From: Eledone cirrhosa
Taxonomy: Eukaryota
Assembly: GCA_964016885.1 (NCBI GenBank)
Contig: OZ024743.1
Coordinates: forward strand, 62,806,001 to 62,870,000
Direction: 5' to 3'
DNA: 64,000 nucleotides
Part shown: piece by piece, positions 1 to 18,493 of the stretch
Layout: the number at the start of each line of letters is the position of its first letter
Numbering within the stretch: the first letter of the stretch is position 1
Notes under the pieces: generated by a model
Seen by the model: the letters and a program-made list of their open reading frames with translations, nothing else
Database searches by the model: none
What the model was told of the DNA's origin: nothing
Made by a program: the position numbers and the translations under genes

Positions 1-90
1 TTCCAGAACCTAAATTGGCAATTATCTCATTTACATTGTTCTGGAACATCATTGAATTGGAAAAAAAAAAAAAAGTAATAATAATAGTAC

Positions 91-1245
91 TGGTCAAGCA
101 CAGAGATCCGTAGGCTCGATACAAAAATCCGAAAATTCTTAACCATGCACAGAATGCATCACCCTAAGGCAGACATAGATAGAATATATCTCCCTAGGAA
201 AGAAGGAGGACGTGGGTTAATCCAGTTAGACATTGCGTTGAAAACTGCAACAATTGGATTATCCACATATCTAAGGGAATCACATGATTGGATGATCAAA
301 CTCGTTTTGAAACACGAAAGCACCAAAAGATCATATTCCATTACAAAAGATGCACAAAGATACAGTAATGGACTACAAATTTCAGAAGTCCCATTTACTG
401 CTGAAATGGAAAACACAGAAAAAGCAAAGCAGGTAAAAGTAACTGCAAAGAAAGAACTGCTACAGAAACTGGCTAAGAAATGGCAAGAAAAGCCTCTGTA
501 TGGAAAATACCCAGAGCGAGCTAACAATCCTGATGTTGACAAAACTTTAACCCATCAGTGGTTGGCATCCTCTGGACTGAAATCGGAGACTGAAGGACTG
601 ATTATATCCGCACAAGATCAGTGTCTGCCAACAAAAAATTACCAAGCCAACATAATAAAAAATGGGTGCAGCCCACTATGCCGTGTATGCAAAAAACAAC
701 CAGAGACCATTGACCATATAATTTCAATGTGCAGTCCTATAGCTCCAACCGAATACCTAAACAGGCATGACAGAGCTGCACAATACATACATTGGATAAT
801 GTGTAAGCATTTTGACCTGCCCCATCAAAAGAATTGGTGGGAGCATCAACCACCTCCCATACTTGAAAAAGATCACATCTCAATCTTGTGGAACTTTAGA
901 ATCCAAACAGACCGAAAAATAGATGCAAATAGACCTGATATAATATTGAAGGACTTTCAAAGGAGGGTATGCCTGCTAATTGATATGTCTGTTCCAATAG
1001 ACAAGAATGTATCTATAAAAACATTTGAAAAATTGAGCAAGTATAAGGACCTGGAGATAGAAATTGGAAAAATGTGGAAATTGAGAACTAAAACAATACC
1101 AGTGGTTGTAGGCGCTCTGGGAATGATACCTAAGGGGTCTAACGACTACTTATCGCAAATCCCAGGAGACCCGCGTATAGGAGAAATACAAAAGATAGTA
1201 CTAATGGGAACTGCCCATATACTAAGGAAGATCCTGTCAATATAA
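91..1245 (+). CDS. C-terminal part of retrotransposon ORF (post-RT region, zinc knuckle, RLE); partial at 5' end
   Basis: ORF track 145..1245, extended in frame to 91; motifs as in the element entry. Confidence 0.85.
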   Translation, partial: WSSTEIRRLDTKIRKFLTMHRMHHPKADIDRIYLPRKEGGRGLIQLDIALKTATIGLSTYLRESHDWMIKLVLKHESTKRSYSITKDAQRYSNGLQISEVPFTAEMENTEKAKQVKVTAKKELLQKLAKKWQEKPLYGKYPERANNPDVDKTLTHQWLASSGLKSETEGLIISAQDQCLPTKNYQANIIKNGCSPLCRVCKKQPETIDHIISMCSPIAPTEYLNRHDRAAQYIHWIMCKHFDLPHQKNWWEHQPPPILEKDHISILWNFRIQTDRKIDANRPDIILKDFQRRVCLLIDMSVPIDKNVSIKTFEKLSKYKDLEIEIGKMWKLRTKTIPVVVGALGMIPKGSNDYLSQIPGDPRIGEIQKIVLMGTAHILRKILSI

Positions 1246-1390
1246 GTACATCACAAGTCTAAACACTAAGGATGCATGTGTGAATATGTGTGTTCTTTCT
1301 TGAACATGGCGGACCTTGTTGTCTCTTGAGGTCACTGGTTGTGACTTGGTGATAACTCGTATAAACATAAAGCAAGATAAATGCAAATAA
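91..1390 (+). mobile_element. 5'-truncated R4/Dong-like non-LTR retrotransposon (restriction-like endonuclease type)
   Basis: Frame open from 91 (WSSTEIRRLDTKIRKFLTMH) to stop at 1245. Has a CCHC finger (CRVC..ETIDHIISMC), RHD, RPD..IDMSVP and EKLSKY RLE motifs. (TAA)n tail; perfect 15-bp TSD taataataatagtac at 76-90 and 1391-1405. Confidence 0.9.
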
Positions 1391-1419
1391 TAATAATAAT
1401 AGTACACTATTAATAATTA

Positions 1420-1707
1420 TTAATGCACTCGTGCAATGCCTGTGCGTGACGAATATTTTTAAAGTGAGGAAAGACTGTGCACTGAGCCAATCCCACTCTC
1501 TGAGCGACAGTAGCTATAACCCGAAAAGAAGAAAAGATCAACATCATCGGTAACTACTGAGCCGCAGGTTTTATATCGGAGTTAACCCAGTTTCCTGAGA
1601 TGCCTTCTCCTAGAAGAATGCCCTGACAAGGGCTAGGGGTTCTTCACTCCCAGTGGTTTAACTGCGCGATCGGGCATCCAGCCCGATTATTTCTATGTCC
1701 CCGCACC
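1420..1707 (-). repeat. short dispersed non-coding repeat (SINE-like or non-autonomous LINE-like)
   Basis: 1434-1568 is the reverse complement of 49134-49269 at high identity. The minus strand ends in an AT/TTA-rich tail. No ORF. Confidence 0.6.
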
Positions 1708-1829
1708 AAAAAAAAAAAAAAAAAATCACTTATTGACACTTATACGTACGACATACACACACACATACATATGCGCGCACACAGCAACACTCATACATAC
1801 AACAAACACACACAGACGCTACTCTACTC

Positions 1830-1875
1830 ACTTACATATATATATATATACATATATATACATATATATACATAT

Positions 1876-1909
<34 letters not shown>

Positions 1910-2074
1910 CATATACATATATACATATATATATATATACATATACATATATATATATATACATATATATATATACATATATATATATATACATATACAT
2001 ATATACATATACATATATACATATACATATATATATATACATATATATATATACATATACATATATACATATAC

Positions 2075-2105
<31 letters not shown>

Positions 2106-2198
2106 CATATATACATATACATATATATATATACATATACAAATATACATATACATATATATATATACATATATATATATATACATATACATATATAC

Positions 2199-2230
<32 letters not shown>

Positions 2231-2277
2231 ATACATATATTATATATATACATATATATATACATATACATATATAC

Positions 2278-2376
<99 letters not shown>

Positions 2377-2408
2377 CATATATATATATATACTATATAT
2401 ATATATAC

Positions 2409-2491
<83 letters not shown>

Positions 2492-2505
2492 CATATATAT
2501 ATATG

Positions 2506-2573
<68 letters not shown>

Positions 2574-2587
2574 CATATATATATATG

Positions 2588-2619
<32 letters not shown>

Positions 2620-2676
2620 CATATATATACATATATATATATATATATACATATATATACATATAAATATATATAC

Positions 2677-2711
<35 letters not shown>

Positions 2712-2736
2712 CATATATATACATATATATACATAC

Positions 2737-2817
<81 letters not shown>

Positions 2818-2866
2818 CATATATATATACATATATATACATATATATACATATATATACATATAC

Positions 2867-2935
<69 letters not shown>

Positions 2936-2936
2936 C

Positions 2937-2967
<31 letters not shown>

Positions 2968-2978
2968 CATATATATAC

Positions 2979-3029
<51 letters not shown>

Positions 3030-3040
3030 CATATATATAC

Positions 3041-3088
<48 letters not shown>

Positions 3089-3094
3089 ACATAC

Positions 3095-3158
<64 letters not shown>

Positions 3159-3164
3159 ACATAC

Positions 3165-3196
<32 letters not shown>

Positions 3197-3203
3197 ACAT
3201 ACA

Positions 3204-3235
<32 letters not shown>

Positions 3236-3293
3236 ACATACATATATATATATATACATATATATATATACATACATATATATATATACATAC

Positions 3294-3344
<51 letters not shown>

Positions 3345-3417
3345 ATATATATAACATATATATACATATATATATATATATACATATATATACATATATA
3401 TATATATATACATATAT

Positions 3418-3494
<77 letters not shown>

Positions 3495-3522
3495 CATATA
3501 TATATACATATATATATATATA
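1830..3522. repeat. compound (TA)n/(TATACA)n microsatellite array, ~1.7 kb
   Basis: Direct inspection. Confidence 0.98.
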
Positions 3523-4628
3523 CCAATCTCGCAAAATCCGAAATCTGTATTTTTTGTTATCTATTTAAGGTTTAAATACGGTGTTTTTGTCGTATTGAAC
3601 AGAACAAATCTTGCAGTTTTGCTTTTTGTTAAATCGCTTGTTAAACATTCATAACCTTCCAGCTAGACACACACACACACACACACACACATATATTATA
3701 TATAAGATAAGTTCTCCTTCATGTTTATTCACTTTCGCCAATCCACCGCTGCTTCAATTATTTCTACTATGGTGTACTCATGTAAATCGTAAAGTACAAA
3801 TTTTTCTCTATCCATTCCACGCTCAATTTCGTACATAGTCCAAACATCCAATCTCGCAAAATCCGAAATCTGTATTTTTTGTTATCTATTTAAGGTTTAA
3901 ATACGGTGTTTTTGTCGTATTGAACAGAACAAATCTTGCAGTTTTGCTTTTTGTTAAATCGCTTGTTAAACATTCATAACCTTCCAGCTCATCAATTCAT
4001 TAATTCTATCGTATTCTCCAATTCCTTAATTCTATCGTATCCCCAAACAAAAAAAAAAACAAAATCCTTCCCATTCTTAATTCTATCGTATCGTCCAATT
4101 CCTTAATTCTATCGTATTCTCAAACAAAAAACAAAATCCTTCCCATTCTACTTATAAATTACTTTAAATATATATAGTATGCTACTTGAAAGTCAAAAAT
4201 CCGCTCCACCCCTTCACCCTCCTGCTACTCCACGAGGGGCTGCGGTCAGCCACAATATCTCTCCCCCTTCCCCCCCTCTCTTTCTTCCCCTCTATCTCTC
4301 TCTTAGCTACACACACACACACACACACAGATATATATATAAGATAAGTTCTCCTTCATGTTTATTCACTTTCGCCAATCCACCGCTGCTTCAATTATTT
4401 CTACTATGGTGTACTCATGTAAATCGTAAAGTACAAATTTTTCTCTATCCATTCCACGCTCAATTTCGTACATAGTCCAAACATCCAATCTCGCAAAATC
4501 CGAAATCTGTATTTTTTGTTATCTATTTAAGGTTTAAATACGGTGTTTTTGTCGTATTGAACAGAACAAATCTTGCAGTTTTGCTTTTTGTTAAATCGCT
4601 TGTTAAACATTCATAACCTTCCAGCTAG

Positions 4629-4667
<39 letters not shown>

Positions 4668-5579
4668 AGATAAGTTCTCCTTCATGTTTATTCACTTTCG
4701 CCAATCCACCGCTGCTTCAATTATTTCTACTATGGTGTACTCATGTAAATCGTAAAGTACAAATTTTTCTCTATCCATTCCACGCTCAATTTCGTACATA
4801 GTCCAAACATCCAATCTCGCAAAATCCGAAATCTGTATTTTTTGTTATCTATTTAAGGTTTAAATACGGTGTTTTTGTCGTATTGAACAGAACAAATCTT
4901 GCAGTTTTGCTTTTTGTTAAATCGCTTGTTAAACATTCATAACCTTCCAGCTCATCAATTCATTAATTCTATCGTATTCTCCAATTCCTTAATTCTATCG
5001 TATCCCCAAACAAAAAAAAAAACAAAATCCTTCCCATTCTTAATTCTATCGTATCGTCCAATTCCTTAATTCTATCGTATTCTCAAACAAAAAACAAAAT
5101 CCTTCCCATTCTACTTATAAATTACTTTAAATATATATAGTATGCTACTTGAAAGTCAAAAATCCGCTCCACCCCTTCACCCTCCTGCTACTCCACGAGG
5201 GGCTGCGGTCAGCCACAATATCTCTCCCCCCTCCCCCCCTCTCTTTCTTCCTCTCTATCTCTCTCTTAGCTACACACACACAGATATATATATAAGATAA
5301 GTTCTCCTTCATGTTTATTCACTTTCGCCAATCCACCGCTGCTTCAATTATTTCTACTATGGTGTACTCATGTAAATCGTAAAGTACAAATTTTTCTCTA
5401 TCCATTCCACGCTCAATTTCGTACATAGTCCAAACATCCAATCTCGCAAAATCCGAAATCTGTATTTTTTGTTATCTATTTAAGGTTTAAATACGGTGTT
5501 TTTGTCGTATTGAACAGAACAAATCTTGCAGTTTTGCTTTTTGTTAAATCGCTTGTTAAACATTCATAACCTTCCAGCT
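3523..5579. repeat. higher-order tandem repeat A-B-A-C-B-A-B-A-C-B-A
   Basis: Block A (ccaatctcgcaaaatccg...ccttccagct) starts at 3523, 3848, 4485, 4811 and 5438. Block C is at ~3990 and ~4953. Higher-order period ~955-963 bp; copies near-identical. Confidence 0.95.
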
Positions 5580-8500
5580 AGCTACCCCACACCCCTCCCT
5601 CCCGCCCCCACACACCTCCCTCCCGCCCCCACACACCTCCATACTTAATACGTGGACCAATCATAAGCCAGAGCCCCCCCCCCCACGCATCACCATCATT
5701 ATTATAAGCCAAAGCCCCCCACCCCCACGCATCACCATTATTATTATTACGCGGACCAAATCATAAGCCAGAGGCCTATACTATCGCTTGCCCGGTTGCC
5801 TTCGATATATGATGGATGGATGGATGGACGGACGGACTGCGGAATCCTGGAGAGTGGAAGGGAGAGAAAAATCTGGACGCTCAGAGCGAAAATGCCAAAG
5901 TTAAAGTCAAATTCACCTCGTGGACGAGAATGCGAGCACTCCTCTTTGTTTCGTCCGCGGATGGCTAACATAACCCTATCTCCTCCCGCCCCCCACCACC
6001 CCCACCCTCCAAACGCAACCCAAAACTTCAGAGTTGGTACCATAAATGTAGGCACCCTAAAGAGTCGCGCTAACGAGGTTGTAGAAATGCTTGAACGTAA
6101 GGAGGTCGATGTTTGTTGTATTCAAGAGACCAGGTGGAGGGGTGGGTCTGCTAGATTCATTGAGGGTAAAAAACGATGTTATAAGCTTTTCTGGGTGGGA
6201 AACGACGATGGGCTGGGTGGAGTAGGAATCATGGTAGCAGAAAAGTGGGCAGATAAGATAATAGACGTAAATAGAGTGAACGACAGAATAATTAAAATAA
6301 GACTTGTCCTCAATAGAACTACGGTGACAGTAATATCTGCGTACGCACCCCAATCCGGACTGCCCGGCACTATAAAAGACAGATTCTATGAGACACTGTT
6401 GCTAACTACCTCCCAAATATCTGACAGTGACTATATAATTATTGCAGGCGACCTAAATGGTCACGTTGGACAACATTGTGACGGCTACGACGAAATCCAT
6501 GGAGGCTATGGGTTTGGTACTAGAAATGAGGAAGGCTCCAGAATCCTGGAATACTGTGATGCAAATAACCTAACTATCTGTAACACTAACTTCAAAAAAC
6601 GTGACAATCACCTGATCACCTATAGATCCGGGGAACACACAAGCCAGGTAGATTATATCCTTACCAGAAGACGTGACAGAGTGTCTGTTGTAAACACTAA
6701 ATCCCTCCCCCATGAAGAATGCACCTCCCAACATAGACTGATAATTAGCGACCTCATAGTCAGGACGAGACGTACTCGACAGCAGAAGAGGACTATCCTC
6801 AGGAGGAAAATATGGAAACTAAAGGACCCCACAGCCAGAAATAAATTTCAAAGCATATTACTTGATGCTTTCGACAGTAAGGAAGAGCATCTAGAATCGG
6901 ACAATATAGAGGGACAGTGGGAATTTCTGAAAGCAAACCTGCTGTTGGCGACAGACGAAGTCTGTGGCTGGAGCAGGTCTGTAGGCAGGAGGAGAGTAAC
7001 ATGGTGGTGGAACAGTAGGGTGGAGGGGTCAATTAAGGCCAAAAAGCAGGCTTGGAAAGTATGGCGGGATGGGGGAAGTAGAGTAGACTATCAAGTGGCC
7101 AGGAGGGAAGCTAGGAGAGAAGTGTACTTAGCAAGAAGGGAAGCTGAGGAAAGAAAGTTCAAGCATGTTCTACAACGCGATGACCAAAAACGTGAGGTGT
7201 TCAGGATTGCCAGGCAATGCGTCAAGGAAAACCGTGATATTGTCGGGGAGAAGTGTGTACTTAACGATGATGGCATACTTGCCATCACCGACACTGATAA
7301 GAAGGTAGCTTGGAAGTGTCACTATGAAAGGCTACTAAATGAGGAGAATAAATGGGAGAAAGACAGTCTCCCCCATATCGACCCGATAGAGGGACCAGCA
7401 GTGTTAGTCGAGGGGAGTATAATAAGTAAGGCAATCAAGGATATGAAGACTGGTAAGGCGGCTGGGCCTTCGGAAATAGTTGCTGAGATGCTGAAGGCAT
7501 CTGGCACGGTGAGACACACCATGGTCACCCGCATAGTTAACCAAGTCGTACAGAATGGGGTTGTTCCGAAGGACTGGCATAGCAGCATCATCGTTAACTG
7601 TTATAAGGGTAAAGGAGACGCCCTAGATAGGAGTAACTATAGAGGCATTAAATTAATCGACCAGGTCATGAAGGTCACGGAAAAAGTAATAGCGCAACTA
7701 ATCAGAGAGAGAATTGATCTAGATGAAATGCAGTTCGGGTTTGTGTCAGGCAAAAGCACCACAGACGCTCTTTTCATAGTACGACAACTACAGGAGAAGT
7801 ACCTAGCTAAAGGTAAACCCCTCTACTTAGCTTTTGTCGACCTGGAGAAAGCCTTCGACAGAGTCCCCCGCTCCATTATCTGGTGGGCTCTTAGAAATCT
7901 AGGCGTTGACGAATGGCTTGTGAGAGCTATACAAGCCATGTATAAAGAAACAGTCAGCAAGGTTAGAATTAACAACGAATATAGTGAAGAGTTTAGCGTA
8001 AAAGTTGGCGTCCATCAGGGCTCTGTTCTCAGCCCCCTACTATTTATTATTGCCCTTCAGGCTATAACAGAGGAGTTCAAGACAGGCTGCCCATGGGAAC
8101 TCCTATACGCAGACGACCTGACACTCATAGCGGAATCAATGGCCGAGCTAGAGAAGAAATTCCAAACATGGAAGCACGGCCTAGAGTCAAAAGGACTTAA
8201 AATTAACCTGGCTAAGACCAAAGTTCTAGTTTGTAGGAAAGAAAACAAGGCGGCGGTCCCTTCTGGGAAATGGTCGTGCTCGGTATGTAGGAAAGGCGTA
8301 GGTAGAAACTCCATCTTATGTCCTAAATGCAAAGTATGGGTGCATAAAAGATGTAGTGGGATCACAGGTAAGCTAACTAAGAACATAGACTTTACATGTG
8401 GCCGGTGTTCTGGTGCAATAAGTAGCAGCAAGTGCCCACAAAATACTAGCTCTTTCAATTGCGCAGAGGGTTCTATAGAAATAGTGGACAGCTTCCGTTA

Positions 8501-9421
8501 CCTGGGCGATAAAATCAGCAGTGGGGGAGGGTGCTCTGAAAGTACTGTAGCTAGAGTCAGAACTGGTTGGAAAAAGTTCAGAGAGCTTATACCACTATTA
8601 GCTGCTAAAGGGTTCTCCCTAAAAATGAAAGGCAGGTTGTACGATGCCTGCATACGAACAGCAATGTTGCATGGTAGTGAGACCTGGGCATTGTGTGCAG
8701 AGGATATACGCAGACTAGAGAGGAACGAAGCTTGCATGCTCCGCTGGATGTGTAACAGTAATATACGTGAACGGCAAAGCATAAACGAACTAAGGAAAAA
8801 ATTAGAGATAAGAGGGATCAGATGTTGTTTACTCGAGAGAAGGCTGCGTTGGTATGGACACGTGATGCGCATGAAAGTCGATAGCTGTATTACAAAGTGA
8901 AGGGCAATAAAGATAGACGGTAGCCACGGAATAGGCAGACCTAGAAAAACATGGGATGAGCTGATAAACTCCGACCTCACACACTTACACCTCTCCAAGA
9001 CAATGTCACTGGACCGTGACCTTTGGCGGTACTCAGTAACAGAGAAGACCCGCCTTGCCAGTAGGCATCTCTAACAAAATACACCCCGTCCCGCCACCAC
9101 CCCCACCCCATCCACACCACCCCGTTGTATGTAAAGTTATGTTGGTGCCGCGCCATCCAGGCCGAAACAAATGAGATCGTGTAGGTGTCACGACAAAAAA
9201 ACACACAGTCCACGCCGTAATGTGGCCGTGTAGGCAACACGGTAAAAACCTCCCAGACCCACACTGTAAATGTGGTTGGTGTTAGGAAGGGCATCCAACT
9301 GTAGAAAACCTGCCAGACAGTCCTATGCGAGCAAGACAATCACTCTTGCCTCAAGTGGGACTACCCCCGTCCATACCCATGCAAGCGTGGAACACGGACG
9401 TTAAACGTTGATGATGATGAT
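5580..9421 (+). mobile_element. near full-length RTE-clade LINE (family 1, copy 1)
   Basis: Single APE-RT ORF (VGTINVGTL, IQETRW, AGDLNGHVG, QVDYIL, SQHRL; FVDLEKAFD, GVHQGSVLSP, YADD, YLGD), RTE-type C-terminus (GRPRKTW), 3' UTR and (GAT)n tail at ~9410-9421. 5' boundary uncertain. Confidence 0.95.
5961..9074 (+). pseudogene. RTE APE-RT polyprotein with internal PHD finger; one premature stop
   Basis: Open to TGA at 8898-8900, where copy 2 has TGC (27504). The frame continues to TAA at 9072-9074. Alternative ATG at 5892. Confidence 0.88.
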
Positions 9422-16692
<7,271 letters not shown>

Positions 16693-17721
16693 AAATTTCA
16701 GGTTATCAATAATGTAGTGATAATATATCGTTACGTTAGAGGTGAACAGCGTACGTGCAGGTTTGCTCAACGAGTATAAATTATATTCCGGAGAAATGTA
16801 GAAAGGATGAATATAAAATGAAAGTGCTTTTGTTAAAAAAGGAATTTATTAGGTATTGACATATGTTTCTGTAACAGACCGAATACCTATGTATCGCTGC
16901 CTGCGTAATCATATAATGTTAGCAAGTATTCGATAGCAAATGTATAATCAGTTGTCACTTCTTCAGAGATTTTGGATAAACTGGATAAAATCAGAAAAAT
17001 TGAAGTAATTTATATTAGTAAAAGAGGAAGGAACAGAGGGGATAGTATATGACAGATGGTAAAATAATTTACTGCTAAACAAGTATATAATGGGTTTTTA
17101 ATGAGAATACTATGAGTAAATCTAAATAAGAATTTTGGAGTGCCAATTTTAATCTCTACTTGACCAACTGGACAGTGGACAGGGCTGGTCATTTGGTGCA
17201 GTAGTATTAATTATAAAGTGTCAATTGGGGAAGGGGGAGATTTCGATTGCTACTAAATAACATCAATGCTAGTAGCCAGCTGGTATATGCATTAGGGAAT
17301 TGAATCAAGAAATCAGAAATCTCATTTTATCTACAGCAGTTTGTATTAAAAGGTAAATAATAGAAGAGTTGATAGAATTAAGACTAATAAAGAATGTTCA
17401 TATCTATTTTGACAATCAAACGGGGATAGAGACAGGCGTTCAATCCTGGTAGTATTTATAATATGAAAATGTAGATTTTAAGCGATGGTTACAGTATAAC
17501 GATCGCTCTATTCTGTTATTTAATAAAATGTTTTTAGATTTCATAATACAAAATAATTCTACATTACATAATTTACAAAATTCTTGTCCATGGGATATGG
17601 GGGGGCAGCGCTATTATATCCCATTTTAGGTGAAATTGTTGGTTATTTTCACGCAGCTGCCAAGCCTTGTCTGCGAGTGTTGTTACATAACGCTGGTTTT
17701 CATGTTTAATCGAATAACGAT
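16693..17721 (-). mobile_element. 3' fragment of a Penelope-like element (Naiad-type GIY-YIG C-terminus plus 3' UTR/pLTR)
   Basis: Minus strand reads [37 protein letters not shown], then after a frameshift [34 protein letters not shown]..., stop at 17440-17442. This aligns with the C-terminus at 23285-23581. Hammerhead-like core and AATAAA lie near 16845-16966. Confidence 0.8.

Positions 17722-18493
<772 letters not shown>

Noticed and set aside
3523-5579. Repeat/spacer-like periodicity suggesting CRISPR (also the 40-bp array at 53378-53885)
   Set aside because: Intervening segments are themselves repeated, there are no unique spacers or cas genes, and the context is eukaryotic.
8898-8900. 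In-frame TGA at a Cys position in the RTE (selenocysteine or readthrough?)
   Set aside because: Sister copies have TGC (27504, and the equivalent in copy 3) and I see no SECIS; a nonsense mutation is simpler.
6057-8998. Antisense ORFs over LINE and Helitron coding regions (here and throughout)
   Set aside because: Shadow frames of the real TE ORFs; their recurrence simply follows the copies.
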